NCBI RefSeq assembly: GCF_056746865.1
Contig: NZ_CM163382.1
Strand: one strand, 5' to 3'
Length of the DNA stretch: 64,000 nt
Shown piece by piece: positions 24,424 to 36,659 of the stretch. How positions within the stretch are numbered: the stretch's first letter is position 1; every line of letters starts with the position of its first letter. The notes below the pieces were generated by a model. The model worked only from the letters and a program-made list of their open reading frames with translations. It was not told where the DNA came from and made no database searches. The translations under genes and the position numbers were made by a program.

Positions 24424-25224
24424 ATGAACATTACCCCGTTTCCGACGCTTTCGCCGGCAACCATAGATGCTATAAATGTTATCGGACAGTGGCTGGCGCA
24501 GGATGATTTCTCCGGTGAGGTGCCGTATCAGGCCGATTGCGTGATCCTTGCAGGCAATGCGGTTATGCCGACTATCGACGCGGCATGTAAGATTGCTCGC
24601 GATCAGCAAATTCCTTTACTGATTAGTGGTGGTATCGGTCACTCGACAACTTTTTTGTATAGCGCCATCGCACAGCATCCGCACTACAACACTATCCGCA
24701 CCACTGGCAGAGCAGAAGCGACCATCCTGGCGGATATCGCTCATCAGTTCTGGCATATTCCGCATGAAAAAATCTGGATTGAAGACCAGTCAACAAACTG
24801 TGGTGAAAACGCACGCTTTAGCATCGCGCTATTGAATCAGGCCGTAGAACGAGTTCACACAGCTATCGTTGTTCAGGACCCCACCATGCAGCGGCGCACG
24901 ATGGCGACGTTCCGCCGTATGACCGGGGACAATCCCGATGCACCACGCTGGTTGAGTTATCCCGGATTCGTTCCTCAGTTAGGAAATAACGCAGACAGTG
25001 TAATCTTTATTAATCAGTTACAAGGATTATGGCCGGTTGAGCGTTATCTATCACTACTCACTGGCGAGCTGCCGCGTTTACACGATGATAGCGATGGCTA
25101 CGGTCCCCGCGGGCGAGATTTTATTGTTCACGTTGATTTTCCGGCAGAAGTCATCCAGGCATGGCAAACGCTGAAACACGATGCGGTGCTCATCGAGGCG
25201 ATGGAAAGTCGCTCGTTACGTTAA
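24424..25224 (+). CDS. ydcF: DUF218-domain protein YdcF (266 aa)
   Basis: 266-aa ORF recognised as YdcF. Confidence 0.85.
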   Translation: MNITPFPTLSPATIDAINVIGQWLAQDDFSGEVPYQADCVILAGNAVMPTIDAACKIARDQQIPLLISGGIGHSTTFLYSAIAQHPHYNTIRTTGRAEATILADIAHQFWHIPHEKIWIEDQSTNCGENARFSIALLNQAVERVHTAIVVQDPTMQRRTMATFRRMTGDNPDAPRWLSYPGFVPQLGNNADSVIFINQLQGLWPVERYLSLLTGELPRLHDDSDGYGPRGRDFIVHVDFPAEVIQAWQTLKHDAVLIEAMESRSLR

Positions 25225-25420
25225 AAATTGCCCGTTTGTGAACCACTTGTTTGCAAACGGGCATGACTCCTGACGTTTATTTCTGCCTTTTATTCCTTTT
25301 ACACTTGTTTTTATGAAGCCCTTCACAGAATTGTCCTTTCACGATGCCGTCTCTATGATGATTGATGTTAATTAACAATGCATTTACCAAAAACAAACAT
25401 ATAAATCACAGGAGTCGCCC

Positions 25421-26860
25421 ATGTCAGTACCCGTTCAACATCCTATGTATATCGATGGACAGTTTGTTACCTGGCGTGGAGACGCATGGATTGATGTGGT
25501 AAACCCTGCTACAGAGGCGGTCATTTCCCGCATACCCGATGGTCAGGCCGAGGATGCCCGTAAGGCAATCGATGCAGCAGAACGTGCACAACCAGAATGG
25601 GAAGCGTTGCCTGCCATTGAACGCGCCAGTTGGTTGCGCAAAATCTCCGCCGGGATCCGCGAACGCGCCGGTGAAATCAGTGCGCTGATTGTTGAAGAAG
25701 GGGGCAAGATCCAGCAGCTGGCTGAAGTTGAAGTGGCTTTTACTGCGGACTATATCGATTACATGGCGGAGTGGGCACGGCGTTATGAAGGTGAGATTAT
25801 TCAAAGCGATCGTCCAGGAGAAAATATTCTTCTGTTTAAACGTGCGCTTGGCGTGACTACCGGCATTCTGCCGTGGAACTTCCCGTTCTTCCTCATTGCC
25901 CGCAAAATGGCTCCCGCTCTTTTGACCGGTAATACCATCGTCATTAAACCCAGTGAATTTACACCAAACAATGCGATTGCTTTTGCCAAAATTGTCGATG
26001 AAATAGGCCTTCCACGCGGTGTGTTTAACCTTGTGCTGGGGCGTGGTGAAACCGTTGGGCAAGAACTGGCGGGTAACCCAAAGGTCGCAATGGTCAGTAT
26101 GACAGGCAGCGTCTCTGCAGGTGAAAAGATCATGGCGACTGCAGCAAAAAACATCACAAAAGTGTGTCTGGAATTGGGTGGTAAAGCACCAGCTATCGTA
26201 ATGGACGATGCCGATCTTGAACTGGCAGTCAAAGCCATCGTTGATTCACGCGTCATTAATAGTGGACAAGTGTGTAACTGTGCAGAACGTGTTTATGTAC
26301 AGAAAGGCATTTATGATCAGTTCGTCAATCGGCTGGGTGAAGCGATGCAGGCGGTGCAATTTGGTAACCCCGCTGAGCGCAACGACATTGCGATGGGGCC
26401 GTTGATTAACGCCGCGGCGCTGGAAAGGGTCGAGCAAAAAGTGGCGCGCGCAGTAGAAGAGGGGGCGAGAGTGGCGTTGGGGGGCAAGGCAGTAGAGGGG
26501 AAAGGATATTATTATCCGCCGACATTGCTGCTGGATGTTCGCCAGGAAATGTCGATTATGCACGAGGAAACCTTTGGCCCGGTGCTGCCAGTGGTCGCAT
26601 TTGACACGCTGGAAGAGGCTATCTCAATGGCTAATGACAGTGATTACGGCCTGACCTCATCACTCTATACCCAAAATCTGAACGTCGCGATGAAAGCCAT
26701 TAAAGGGCTGAAGTTTGGTGAAACTTACATCAACCGTGAAAACTTCGAAGCTATGCAAGGATTCCACGCCGGATGGCGTAAATCCGGTATTGGCGGCGCA
26801 GATGGCAAACATGGCCTGCATGAATACCTGCAGACCCAGGTGGTTTATTTACAGTCGTAA
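25421..26860 (+). CDS. aldA: Lactaldehyde dehydrogenase (479 aa)
   Basis: Aldehyde dehydrogenase family sequence (LELGGKAP, catalytic Cys region VCNCAERV). Confidence 0.9.
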   Translation: MSVPVQHPMYIDGQFVTWRGDAWIDVVNPATEAVISRIPDGQAEDARKAIDAAERAQPEWEALPAIERASWLRKISAGIRERAGEISALIVEEGGKIQQLAEVEVAFTADYIDYMAEWARRYEGEIIQSDRPGENILLFKRALGVTTGILPWNFPFFLIARKMAPALLTGNTIVIKPSEFTPNNAIAFAKIVDEIGLPRGVFNLVLGRGETVGQELAGNPKVAMVSMTGSVSAGEKIMATAAKNITKVCLELGGKAPAIVMDDADLELAVKAIVDSRVINSGQVCNCAERVYVQKGIYDQFVNRLGEAMQAVQFGNPAERNDIAMGPLINAAALERVEQKVARAVEEGARVALGGKAVEGKGYYYPPTLLLDVRQEMSIMHEETFGPVLPVVAFDTLEEAISMANDSDYGLTSSLYTQNLNVAMKAIKGLKFGETYINRENFEAMQGFHAGWRKSGIGGADGKHGLHEYLQTQVVYLQS

Positions 26861-26870
26861 TGAGTGAAAG

Positions 26871-26894
26871 AGGCGGAGGTTTTTTCCTCCGCCT
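26871..26894. terminator. Bidirectional terminator between convergent aldA and gapC
   Basis: Perfect 9-bp stem aggcggagg / cctccgcct with a TTTTTT loop. Confidence 0.7.
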
Positions 26895-26901
26895 GTGTGC
26901 G

Positions 26902-27903
26902 TCAGAGTTTAGCGAATTTTTCGAGGGTGCGAATGAGCTGTGTGACGAAGCCATATTCGTTATCGTACCAGGCGACCGTTTTCACCAGTTGTAAATCGCC
27001 CACGGCGGTAATTTCGGTTTGCGTGGCATCAAACACCGACCCGAAATGGCTGCCTATGATATCAGAAGAGACTATTTCTTCATCGGTATAACCAAATGAC
27101 TCGTTATTGTTTGTCGCGTTTTTAAGCGCGTTGTTCACCTCTTCGGCAGTCACTTTTTTTCCAAGAATAGACACCAGTTCAGTCACCGAACCGGTTTTCA
27201 CGGGTACGCGTTGTGCATGACCTTTCAGTTTGCCGCTCAGTTCTGGGATCACCAGACCAATGGCTTTTGCCGCCCCCGTAGTGTGGGGAATGATATTTTC
27301 TGCCGCTGCACGTGAAGCGCGTAGATCTTTACCACGCGGGCCATCCACCAGTGACTGAGTGCCGGTATAGGCATGAATGGTCGTCATCGTGCCGACTTCT
27401 ATTCCGAAACTGTCGTGCAAGGCTTTGGCCATCGGTGCAAGACAATTAGTGGTGCATGACGCCACGGAAACAATGGTGTCGTTGCCATCCAGTGTGTCGT
27501 CATTGACGTTATAAACGATGGTTTTCATTTCACCGGCAGGGGCGGAAATCAACACCTTCTTCGCACCAGCATCAAGATGCGCCTGCGATTTCTCGGCGGA
27601 GGTATAAAAGCCAGTACATTCGACAATGATTTCTGCGCCTTTCGCTTTCCACGGAATATTTTTAGCCTCTTTTTCGGCGTAAACCGCGATACTTTTCCCA
27701 TCAACGATAAGTGAATCTTCCGTAAAATCAACGCGCCAGGGGAACGGTCCATAGTTTGAATCATGTTTCAGCAGGTAGGCGAGAATTTTTGGGGAAGTGA
27801 GATCATTAATAGCGACAACATCTATGTTGCTTTTGACTTCAAGTAATCGACGCAATACCAGTCGACCGATACGACCAAAACCGTTAATACCAACTTTACT
27901 CAT
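26902..27903 (-). CDS. gapC: Glyceraldehyde-3-phosphate dehydrogenase GapC, intact 333-aa ORF
   Basis: Full-length GAPDH with NAD-binding GFGRIGR and catalytic SCTTNC; no frameshift or internal stop. Confidence 0.85.
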   Translation of the reverse strand: MSKVGINGFGRIGRLVLRRLLEVKSNIDVVAINDLTSPKILAYLLKHDSNYGPFPWRVDFTEDSLIVDGKSIAVYAEKEAKNIPWKAKGAEIIVECTGFYTSAEKSQAHLDAGAKKVLISAPAGEMKTIVYNVNDDTLDGNDTIVSVASCTTNCLAPMAKALHDSFGIEVGTMTTIHAYTGTQSLVDGPRGKDLRASRAAAENIIPHTTGAAKAIGLVIPELSGKLKGHAQRVPVKTGSVTELVSILGKKVTAEEVNNALKNATNNNESFGYTDEEIVSSDIIGSHFGSVFDATQTEITAVGDLQLVKTVAWYDNEYGFVTQLIRTLEKFAKL

Positions 27904-28091
27904 GGTTTTCTCCTGTCAGGAACGTTCGGATGAAAATTGATCCTTTCCAGGCTTAGACCAGGATGGCGGGATGGGCAATCTACATTCTTGCCGTGAAACG
28001 TAACGTACTGAAAACGGGTGAACAATATTTAATGAAATTTTAAGAAAAGCTCGTTATGTTAACGGAAAATTGTTTTAAAGCAGGAAATGTT

Positions 28092-28622
28092 ATGGAAAAT
28101 AAATACTCAAGGTTACAAATCAGCATTCACTGGCTGGTCTTTTTGCTGGTTATCGCAGCGTATTGCGCAATGGAGTTTCGTGGTTTCTTCCCACGTAGCG
28201 ATCGACCACTCATCAACATGATTCATGTTTCCTGTGGCATATCAATTCTCGTGCTGATGGTGGTTCGTCTTTTGTTAAGGCTGAAATACCCAACCCCGCC
28301 GATTATACCTAAGCCAAAACCGATGATGACGGGACTGGCGCATTTGGGACATTTGGTGATCTATCTCCTGTTTATTGCGCTGCCAGTGATTGGTTTGGTG
28401 ATGATGTATAACCGGGGTAACCCATGGTTTGCGTTTGGTTTGACGATGCCTTACGCTTCAGAGGCCAATTTCGAACGGGTTGATAGCTTAAAGTCGTGGC
28501 ATGAAATGCTGGCGAATCTGGGATATTTTGTCATCGGGTTGCACGCTGCGGCTGCACTGGCACACCACTATTTCTGGAAGGACAACACACTTCTACGCAT
28601 GATGCCGCGTAAACGTTCCTGA
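28092..28622 (+). CDS. cybB: Cytochrome b561 (about 176 aa)
   Basis: Membrane ORF starting MENKYSRLQISIHWLVFLLV with AGGAA RBS upstream; the ORF-track start at 28056 is probably too early. Confidence 0.85.
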   Translation: MENKYSRLQISIHWLVFLLVIAAYCAMEFRGFFPRSDRPLINMIHVSCGISILVLMVVRLLLRLKYPTPPIIPKPKPMMTGLAHLGHLVIYLLFIALPVIGLVMMYNRGNPWFAFGLTMPYASEANFERVDSLKSWHEMLANLGYFVIGLHAAAALAHHYFWKDNTLLRMMPRKRS

Positions 28623-28632
28623 AGGATATTTA

Positions 28633-28696
28633 AAGAAAACGCCTGTACTAAAACCGACCCGTGGTACAGGCGAAGAATACGGGTCTACATCGGAAG
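28633..28696 (-). ncRNA. rydC: RydC small regulatory RNA
   Basis: Reverse complement reads cttccgatgtagacccgtattcttcgcctgtaccacgggtcggttttagtacaggcgttttctt, which matches RydC as I remember it, including the terminal hairpin. Confidence 0.75.
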
Positions 28697-28866
28697 CGCC
28701 TATTATATTTATTTGTATGACAAATAAAACCATAATCCTTATCCATACGTCCATCTGGCTTATTTTTAATCAATTCACCCGATCTTTGATCTCATCAACG
28801 GTATCAAAATAAACCAGCGTATAACGTTCAAATCGAACATAAGATTCGATAAACCATGGAGGTTAT

Positions 28867-29040
28867 ATGAAAAAATTGGCACTTATCTTGGTTATGGGAG
28901 CGCTTGTTTCCTTTTATGCCGATGCCGGGCGCAAACCCTGTTCTGGTTCGAAAGGGGGGATCTCACACTGTACGGCAGGCGGCAAATTTGTTTGTAATGA
29001 TGGTTCTATTAGTGCATCGAAAAAAACATGCACTAACTGA
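28867..29040 (+). CDS. ydcA: Small secreted protein YdcA (57 aa)
   Basis: ATG preceded by GGAGG; MKKLALILVMGALVSFYADA signal peptide; below the ORF-track size cutoff. Confidence 0.75.
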   Translation: MKKLALILVMGALVSFYADAGRKPCSGSKGGISHCTAGGKFVCNDGSISASKKTCTN

Positions 29041-29111
29041 AGTGTAAAAGGGGTGCCATGAGAAAATGAATCTGCTAGTCAGATGCGCGGGGAAAATCCC
29101 CGCGCTTGCCC

Positions 29112-29309
<198 letters not shown>

Positions 29310-29650
29310 CTTGGTTCATTCGTTGGCCTCGGTTGATAGAAATATCGGTCGGGGCCTTCGTCTTTCTGATTCCCGGTTAGCCTGAAAACAGAAAGTCTCA
29401 GGCACCCGCAGGCATCCTATGAGTTTTCCTTAGGGACGAAAATAATCACTTCACGAAATTGCGTGCTGTTTTCCAGAATTTTTTGTCATTCGGTTTAGCC
29501 ATTCGTTACTCTCTTCATTCCAATAGCATTAATTTTCTCTGCAATAATTGTTGTAAAAATGTGACGCAAAGAGGTTTTTGGTCATAAGTAATTACCGTCA
29601 AGTGCCGATGACTTTCTATCAGGAGTAAACCTGGACGAGAGACAACGGTA

Positions 29651-31291
29651 ATGAATACAACTCCCTCACAGCGATTAGGTTTTTTGCATCACATCAGGCT
29701 GGTTCCGTTATTTGCCTGCATTCTTGGCGGTATCTTAGTTCTATTCGCATTAAGTTCAGCTCTGGCTGGCTATTTCCTCTGGCAGGCCGATCGCGATCAG
29801 CGTGATGTTACTGCGGAGATTGAGATTCGGACCGGGTTAGCGAACAGTTCAGATTTTTTGCGTTCAGCCCGGATCAATATGATTCAGGCTGGTGCTGCGA
29901 GTCGTATTGCTGAAATGGAAGCAATGAAGCGAAATATTGCGCAAGCCGAATCGGAGATTAAACAGTCGCAGCAAGGTTATCGTGCTTATCAGAATCGGTC
30001 GGTGAAAACACCTGCTGATGAAGCCCTCGACACTGAATTAAATCAACGCTTCCAGGCTTATATCACGGGTATGCAACCGATGTTGAAATATGCCAAAAAT
30101 GGCATGTTTGAAGCGATTATCAATCATGAAAGTGAGCAGATCCGACCGCTGGATAATGCTTATACCGATATTTTGAGCAAAGCCGTTAAGATACGTAGCG
30201 CCAGAGCCAACCAACTGGCGGAACTGGCCCATCAGCGCACCCGCCTGGGTGGGATGTTCATGATTGGCGCGTTTGTGCTTGCCCTGGTCATGACGCTGAT
30301 AACATTTATAGTGCTACGTCGGATCGTCATTCGTCCACTGCAACATGCCGCACAACGGATTGAAAAAATCGCCAGTGGTGATCTGACGATGAATGATGAA
30401 CCGGCGGGTCGTAATGAAATCGGTCGCTTAAGTCGTCATTTACAGCAAATGCAGCATTCACTGGGGATGACAGTAGGGACTGTTCGACAGGGTGCGGAAG
30501 AGATTTATCGTGGCACCAGCGAAATTTCAGCTGGCAATGCGGACCTTTCATCTCGCACTGAAGAACAAGCGGCGGCAATTGAACAAACTGCCGCCAGCAT
30601 GGAGCAACTCACTGCGACGGTGAAACAGAATGCAGATAACGCGCATCATGCCAGCAAACTGGCGCAGGAGGCTTCTATTAAAGCCAGCGATGGCGGGCAG
30701 ACGGTTTCCGGTGTAGTAAAAACGATGGGCGCTATCTCCACGAGTTCGAAGAAAATTTCCGAGATCACCGCCGTCATCAACAGTATTGCTTTCCAGACGA
30801 ATATTCTGGCATTGAATGCTGCCGTTGAAGCCGCGCGAGCGGGTGAGCAAGGACGTGGATTTGCCGTTGTCGCCAGCGAAGTACGGACACTCGCAAGCCG
30901 CAGCGCTCAGGCGGCGAAAGAGATTGAAGGCTTGATCAGTGAATCAGTCAGGTTAATTGACCTGGGGTCGGATGAGGTGGCAACGGCAGGGAAAACCATG
31001 AGCACTATTGTTGATGCCGTCGCGAGTGTCACACATATCATGCAGGAAATTGCCGCCGCCTCGGATGAGCAAAGTAGGGGCATAACGCAGGTTAGCCAGG
31101 CGATTTCTGAAATGGATAAGGTGACGCAACAGAATGCTTCTCTGGTAGAAGAAGCCTCAGCAGCGGCGGTGTCCCTTGAAGAACAGGCTGCACGATTAAC
31201 TGAGGCGGTGGACGTATTCCGTCTGAACAAACATTCTGTGTCGGCAGAACCTCGCGGAGCGGGTGAACCAGTTAGTTTCGCTACGGTGTGA
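29651..31291 (+). CDS. trg: Methyl-accepting chemotaxis protein III (ribose/galactose sensor), 546 aa
   Basis: MCP architecture: two transmembrane segments, HAMP, conserved signalling domain. Confidence 0.9.
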   Translation: MNTTPSQRLGFLHHIRLVPLFACILGGILVLFALSSALAGYFLWQADRDQRDVTAEIEIRTGLANSSDFLRSARINMIQAGAASRIAEMEAMKRNIAQAESEIKQSQQGYRAYQNRSVKTPADEALDTELNQRFQAYITGMQPMLKYAKNGMFEAIINHESEQIRPLDNAYTDILSKAVKIRSARANQLAELAHQRTRLGGMFMIGAFVLALVMTLITFIVLRRIVIRPLQHAAQRIEKIASGDLTMNDEPAGRNEIGRLSRHLQQMQHSLGMTVGTVRQGAEEIYRGTSEISAGNADLSSRTEEQAAAIEQTAASMEQLTATVKQNADNAHHASKLAQEASIKASDGGQTVSGVVKTMGAISTSSKKISEITAVINSIAFQTNILALNAAVEAARAGEQGRGFAVVASEVRTLASRSAQAAKEIEGLISESVRLIDLGSDEVATAGKTMSTIVDAVASVTHIMQEIAAASDEQSRGITQVSQAISEMDKVTQQNASLVEEASAAAVSLEEQAARLTEAVDVFRLNKHSVSAEPRGAGEPVSFATV

Positions 31292-31302
31292 AAATGTTCA
31301 AG

Positions 31303-31324
31303 GAAGGGATCGACAGATCCCTTC
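31303..31324. terminator. Bidirectional terminator between convergent trg and ydcI
   Basis: Perfect 9-bp stem gaagggatc / gatcccttc with GACA loop. Confidence 0.65.
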
Positions 31325-31329
31325 ACCTT

Positions 31330-32253
31330 TCAGAACGGCATTGATTTTCGAATAGCGTTAATCATCAACTGGCAACCAGAAGAGAACGTTGCATCTACGC
31401 GGGTCAGTATTCCAATCGGTTCGCCTGCACCATGTCCCGGAACAGGCAGGGCCACCAGCGTGGCATGACGCAGGTCGTCTTTTACAGCGCCAGAAGGGAC
31501 AAACCACACGTAGTCGTATTCAACCGTAAGTTGACGAGATAGCGAAGCAGACAGCGTTTCGATACAACCCGAAGGAATTTTACATCCCTGGCTCTGCACT
31601 AATGCATCTGAATGCTGGCGTGGCGCAGTGCCTTCTGGTGATACAATGACCGGCCATTCCAGCACCCGGCTTAGCGTTACGTTCTCCTGAAGTAGCGGAT
31701 GATTAGGGCGGACAACCAGCTTCAGCGATTCAAGAAACAGCAGTTCGTAATTAAGTCCGGTCATCAGTTCAGGATCTGACATCCGACCAATGCCGATATC
31801 GATTTCCCCGGTTTTTAAACCCGCCAGAATCATAGGGTTACTCATTGTCGCAACTTGCAAGGTCGTCTCTTTTTGTTGCTGATGAAACTGACCTATAACC
31901 GAAGGTAATATCCCCAGTGCCGCAGTCGGTAGTGCACCAACCCTGACGACATCATTATTAAGACCTTCTTTACGATGAAGCGACTGTCCGGCAGTGTTGA
32001 TGGCGTCAAGCACTCTGACTGCATGCGTTAAAAATTGTTCGCCGGGTAAGGTAAGTTGCGCCCCCTGACGACCACGCTCAAACAAGCGAGCGCCCGTCAG
32101 CTGCTCCAGTTCATTCAATGTCTTAGAGAGCGCAGGTTGACTCAAATTAAGGGTTTCAGCCGCGCGCCCCAAAGTTCCTTGTTGTGCGACAGCTACGAAT
32201 GTATGAAGGTGGCGCAAACGGATGCGCTGACTAAACAGACTATTTTTTTCCAT
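31330..32253 (-). CDS. ydcI: LysR-family transcriptional regulator (about 307 aa)
   Basis: N-terminal HTH (LRHLHTFVAVAQQGTLGRAAETLNLSQPALSKTL); start taken at MEKNSLF rather than the longer ORF-track extension. Confidence 0.85.
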   Translation of the reverse strand: MEKNSLFSQRIRLRHLHTFVAVAQQGTLGRAAETLNLSQPALSKTLNELEQLTGARLFERGRQGAQLTLPGEQFLTHAVRVLDAINTAGQSLHRKEGLNNDVVRVGALPTAALGILPSVIGQFHQQQKETTLQVATMSNPMILAGLKTGEIDIGIGRMSDPELMTGLNYELLFLESLKLVVRPNHPLLQENVTLSRVLEWPVIVSPEGTAPRQHSDALVQSQGCKIPSGCIETLSASLSRQLTVEYDYVWFVPSGAVKDDLRHATLVALPVPGHGAGEPIGILTRVDATFSSGCQLMINAIRKSMPF

Positions 32254-32469
32254 AAGCGATGTTAAAAACGAAGCGGTGTCGCTGACAAGTGAAGTTGTTT
32301 GATTATGATAACTTGATTGCAAAATATTATTAACAATTAAAGCAATTATGTTACAGCAAAATGGATAATATTGATGTTTTCGCGGCGAGATCACAGTTTG
32401 TAAATTCTTCCCGCCGGAGTGAATGCGGTTACCTACACTCCAGATTACTGACCACTGGAGGCAGACACT

Positions 32470-33813
32470 ATGGCGAACAGCATCACGGCGGATGAGATTC
32501 GGGAACAGTTTTCGCAGGCAATGTCAGCCATGTACCAGCAAGAAGTTCCGCAGTACGGCACGCTGCTGGAACTGGTAGCTGATGTGAATCTGGCTGTGCT
32601 GGAAAACAATCCTCAACTGCACGAAAAAATGGTAAATGCAGACGAGCTGGCGCGACTGAATGTTGAACGTCATGGGGCGATTCGTGTTGGGACTGCACAA
32701 GAGCTTGCTACTCTTCGGCGGATGTTTGCCATTATGGGGATGTACCCGGTGAGCTATTACGATCTCTCGCAGGCGGGGGTGCCGGTACATTCGACAGCAT
32801 TTCGGCCCATTGATGATGCTTCTCTGGCGCGTAATCCCTTCCGCGTTTTTACTTCATTACTCCGCCTTGAGCTTATCGAGAACGAAATTTTGCGCCAGAA
32901 AGCGGCGGAGATTCTGCGTCAGCGCGATATCTTCACCCCACGTTGTCGACAACTGTTAGAGGAATATGAGCAGCGGCGCGGTTTTAACGAAACACAGGCA
33001 CAGGAGTTTGTGCAGGAAGCCCTGGAAACGTTTCGTTGGCACCAGTCAGCAACGGTAGATGAAGAAACCTATCGCGCCTTGCACAACGAACATCGGTTGA
33101 TTGCTGATGTGGTCTGTTTTCCTGGATGCCATATCAACCACCTGACGCCACGTACGCTGGATATTGACCGGGTGCAGTCGATGATGCCTGAATGCGGGAT
33201 TGAACCCAAAATTCTGATCGAAGGGCCGCCGCGCCGCGAGGTACCTATTTTACTACGCCAGACCAGCTTTAAAGCACTGGAAGAGACGGTGTTGTTTGCA
33301 GGGCAGAAACAGGGTACGCATACCGCGCGCTTTGGTGAAATAGAGCAGCGTGGTGTGGCATTAACGCCGAAAGGGCGACAACTGTATGATGATCTTCTGC
33401 GTAACGCTGGAACCGGGCAGGATAATCTCACTCACCAAATGCATTTACAGGAAACCTTCCGCACTTTTCCTGACAGTGAGTTTTTAATGCGTCAGCAAGG
33501 GTTGGCATGGTTCCGGTACCGTCTGACGCCTTCAGGTGAGGCGCATCGTCAGGCGATTCATCCCGGAGACGATCCACAGCCCTTAATTGAACGTGGTTGG
33601 GTAGTGGCGCAACCCATTACCTATGAAGATTTCTTGCCCGTTAGCGCGGCGGGGATCTTCCAGTCAAATCTGGGTAATGAAACGCAGGCACGCAATCACG
33701 GTAATGCCAGTCGCGAGGCATTTGAGCAGGCGTTGGGTTGTCCGGTTTTGGATGAGTTCCAGCTTTATCAGGAAGCGGAAGAACGCAGTAAACGTCGCTG
33801 TGGTTTGCTTTAA
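32470..33813 (+). CDS. ydcJ: DUF1338-family protein YdcJ (447 aa)
   Basis: 447-aa ORF recognised as YdcJ. Confidence 0.85.
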   Translation: MANSITADEIREQFSQAMSAMYQQEVPQYGTLLELVADVNLAVLENNPQLHEKMVNADELARLNVERHGAIRVGTAQELATLRRMFAIMGMYPVSYYDLSQAGVPVHSTAFRPIDDASLARNPFRVFTSLLRLELIENEILRQKAAEILRQRDIFTPRCRQLLEEYEQRRGFNETQAQEFVQEALETFRWHQSATVDEETYRALHNEHRLIADVVCFPGCHINHLTPRTLDIDRVQSMMPECGIEPKILIEGPPRREVPILLRQTSFKALEETVLFAGQKQGTHTARFGEIEQRGVALTPKGRQLYDDLLRNAGTGQDNLTHQMHLQETFRTFPDSEFLMRQQGLAWFRYRLTPSGEAHRQAIHPGDDPQPLIERGWVVAQPITYEDFLPVSAAGIFQSNLGNETQARNHGNASREAFEQALGCPVLDEFQLYQEAEERSKRRCGLL

Positions 33814-34037
33814 ATTCTGACCATCCGCCTTTGCAAAAATTTGCCTGATTTTACAAACGAATCAGGCTCATCCCATCGACATAAAAAAATTGCCGATTTA
33901 TGCATATTCTCTCAGTTCAACAATTGGATTATTAATAAATATTGTCTAGAGTGAGCGGTCATAAATAAGCACTTTCTTGCCGCTGAAAACGACCAGCGCG
34001 GGACCATTCACAACACCAGAAGGACTCACTTTCAGGT

Positions 34038-35693
34038 ATGGATCGTAGACGATTTATTAAAGGTTCAATGGCTATGGCCGCCGTGTGCGGTACCAGCGGC
34101 ATTGCTTCTCTTTTTTCTCAGGCGGCATTCGCGGCAGATTCTGATATTGCCGACGGGCAAACCCAACGTTTTGACTTCTCCATTCTACAGTCAATGGCGC
34201 ACGACTTAGCGCAAACAGCGTGGCGTGGTGCGCCGCGTCCGTTACCTGACACTCTGGCGACAATGACGCCGCAGGCTTATAACAGTATTCAATACGACGC
34301 CGAAAAATCGCTCTGGCATAACGTTGAGAACCGTCAACTGGACGCTCAGTTCTTCCATATGGGAATGGGATTCCGTCGCCGCGTTCGTATGTTTTCTGTA
34401 GATCCAGCAACACATCTGGCGCGTGAAATTCACTTTCGCCCGGAGTTGTTCAAATACAACGATGCGGGTGTTGATACCAAACAATTAGAAGGGCAAAGTG
34501 ATCTCGGTTTTGCCGGTTTTCGCGTGTTTAAAGCCCCCGAACTGGCGCGCCGTGATGTCGTATCATTCCTCGGCGCGAGTTATTTCCGCGCGGTTGATGA
34601 TACATATCAATACGGTTTGTCGGCTCGCGGCCTGGCGATCGACACTTACACCGACAGTAAAGAAGAGTTCCCCGACTTTACCGCCTTCTGGTTTGATACG
34701 GTAAAACCGGGGGCAACCACCTTTACCGTTTATGCGTTGCTCGATAGCGCCAGCATTACTGGTGCCTATAAGTTCACTATCCATTGCGAGAAAAGTCAGG
34801 TGATTATGGATGTGGAAAATCACCTGTATGCGCGCAAAGACATTAAACAGCTGGGCATTGCGCCGATGACCAGTATGTTCAGCTGCGGTACTAATGAACG
34901 TCGGATGTGCGACACCATTCATCCGCAAATCCATGACTCTGATCGTTTGTCCATGTGGCGGGGTAACGGCGAGTGGATTTGTCGTCCGCTGAACAATCCA
35001 CAAAAATTGCAGTTCAATGCTTACACCGACAACAACCCGAAAGGGTTTGGTTTATTGCAACTGGATCGTGATTTCTCCCATTATCAGGACATTATGGGCT
35101 GGTATAACAAACGCCCAAGTCTGTGGGTGGAGCCGCGTAACAAGTGGGGTAAGGGCACCATCGGCCTGATGGAAATCCCAACTACGGGTGAAACGCTGGA
35201 TAACATTGTCTGCTTCTGGCAGCCAGAAAAAGCTGTAAAAGCGGGTGATGAGTTTGCATTCCAGTATCGTCTGTACTGGAGTGCGCAACCGCCTGTTCAT
35301 TGCCCATTAGCGCGCGTTATGGCGACGCGTACCGGCATGGGTGGTTTCCCGGAAGGTTGGGCGCCAGGTGAACACTATCCCGAAAAATGGGCGCGTCGTT
35401 TTGCCGTCGATTTCGTTGGTGGTGATCTGAAAGCTGCCGCGCCAAAAGGCATTGAGCCGGTGATTACGCTTTCCAGTGGGGAAGCGAAGCAAATCGAAAT
35501 TCTCTATATTGAACCCATTGATGGTTATCGTATTCAGTTTGACTGGTATCCGACTTCGGACTCCACTGATCCGGTCGATATGCGGATGTATCTGCGTTGT
35601 CAGGGCGACGCTATCAGTGAAACATGGCTGTATCAGTATTTCCCGCCAGCGCCGGATAAACGTCAGTATGTTGACGACCGCGTGATGAGTTAA
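34038..35693 (+). CDS. opgD: Glucans biosynthesis protein D (551 aa), Tat-secreted
   Basis: Twin-arginine signal [10 protein letters not shown]; OpgD/MdoD family. Confidence 0.9.
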   Translation: MDRRRFIKGSMAMAAVCGTSGIASLFSQAAFAADSDIADGQTQRFDFSILQSMAHDLAQTAWRGAPRPLPDTLATMTPQAYNSIQYDAEKSLWHNVENRQLDAQFFHMGMGFRRRVRMFSVDPATHLAREIHFRPELFKYNDAGVDTKQLEGQSDLGFAGFRVFKAPELARRDVVSFLGASYFRAVDDTYQYGLSARGLAIDTYTDSKEEFPDFTAFWFDTVKPGATTFTVYALLDSASITGAYKFTIHCEKSQVIMDVENHLYARKDIKQLGIAPMTSMFSCGTNERRMCDTIHPQIHDSDRLSMWRGNGEWICRPLNNPQKLQFNAYTDNNPKGFGLLQLDRDFSHYQDIMGWYNKRPSLWVEPRNKWGKGTIGLMEIPTTGETLDNIVCFWQPEKAVKAGDEFAFQYRLYWSAQPPVHCPLARVMATRTGMGGFPEGWAPGEHYPEKWARRFAVDFVGGDLKAAAPKGIEPVITLSSGEAKQIEILYIEPIDGYRIQFDWYPTSDSTDPVDMRMYLRCQGDAISETWLYQYFPPAPDKRQYVDDRVMS

Positions 35694-35832
35694 TCGTTTT
35701 TTCTTCGGCACCTTCTTCGGGAGGTGCCGTCTGGTTAAACACGATCCCGCTCGCATTTTTCCCTAAGTTAAATGAGTAATCTGATAGTGTGTATTTCAGA
35801 TACACCTTGTCAGCCACTAACAGGGAGTGCGT

Positions 35833-36057
35833 ATGTTTCCAGAATACCGAGATTTAATATCCCGTCTGAAAAACGAAAATCCTCGCTTTATGTCCTTGTT
35901 CGATAAACACAATAAACTTGATCATGAAATTGCCAGAAAGGAAGGTTCCGACGGTCGAGGGTACAATGCGGAAGTGGTCCGCATGAAAAAACAAAAGTTA
36001 CAGTTAAAAGATGAGATGCTCAAAATCCTGCAGCAGGAGAGCGTCAAAGAGGTGTAA
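35833..36057 (+). CDS. ydcH: Small protein YdcH (74 aa)
   Basis: Short ORF MFPEYRDLISRLKNENPRF... Confidence 0.8.
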   Translation: MFPEYRDLISRLKNENPRFMSLFDKHNKLDHEIARKEGSDGRGYNAEVVRMKKQKLQLKDEMLKILQQESVKEV

Positions 36058-36065
36058 ACTTTCCT

Positions 36066-36090
36066 AAGCCGCCAGCCAGGCGGCTTTTTT
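36066..36090 (+). terminator. Rho-independent terminator after ydcH
   Basis: Stem aagccgcc / ggcggctt followed by TTTT. Confidence 0.7.
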
Positions 36091-36119
36091 AACAACTGCA
36101 TGGATTGACTGGAGATAAG

Positions 36120-36659
36120 ATGACTGAAACGATAAAAGTAAGCGAATCACTTGAATTACATGCTGTTGCAGAAAATCACGTCACTCCTCTTTATCAGTTA
36201 ATCTGTAAAAATAAAACCTGGTTACAGCAGTCGCTAAACTGGCCGCAGTTTGTTCAAAGTGAAGAGGACACGCGAAAAACGGTGCAGGGCAATGTAATGT
36301 TGCATCAACGCGGATATGCCAAAATGTTCATGATTTTCAAAGAAGATGAACTTATCGGCGTTATCTCGTTTAATCGTATTGAACCACTGAATAAAACCGC
36401 TGAAATCGGCTACTGGCTGGACGAATCTCATCAGGGGCAGGGGATCATTTCTCAGGCGCTGCAGGCATTGATTCATCATTACGCCCAGTCTGGTGAACTT
36501 AGACGCTTCGTGATCAAATGTCGGGTGGACAATGCGCAAAGCAACCAGGTCGCTTTGCGTAATGGTTTTATCCTTGAAGGTTGCCTGAAACAGGCTGAGT
36601 TCCTGAATGATGCCTATGATGATGTGAACTTATACGCGCTTATTATCGATTCACAATAA
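36120..36659 (+). CDS. rimL: Ribosomal-protein-L7/L12-serine acetyltransferase (179 aa)
   Basis: GNAT-family ORF; ATG 36120 preceded by GGAG; the ORF-track start is an upstream TTG. Confidence 0.85.
   Translation: MTETIKVSESLELHAVAENHVTPLYQLICKNKTWLQQSLNWPQFVQSEEDTRKTVQGNVMLHQRGYAKMFMIFKEDELIGVISFNRIEPLNKTAEIGYWLDESHQGQGIISQALQALIHHYAQSGELRRFVIKCRVDNAQSNQVALRNGFILEGCLKQAEFLNDAYDDVNLYALIIDSQ

Noticed and set aside
32056-32265. 69-aa plus-strand ORF
   Set aside because: Antisense to the ydcI N-terminus and HTH region
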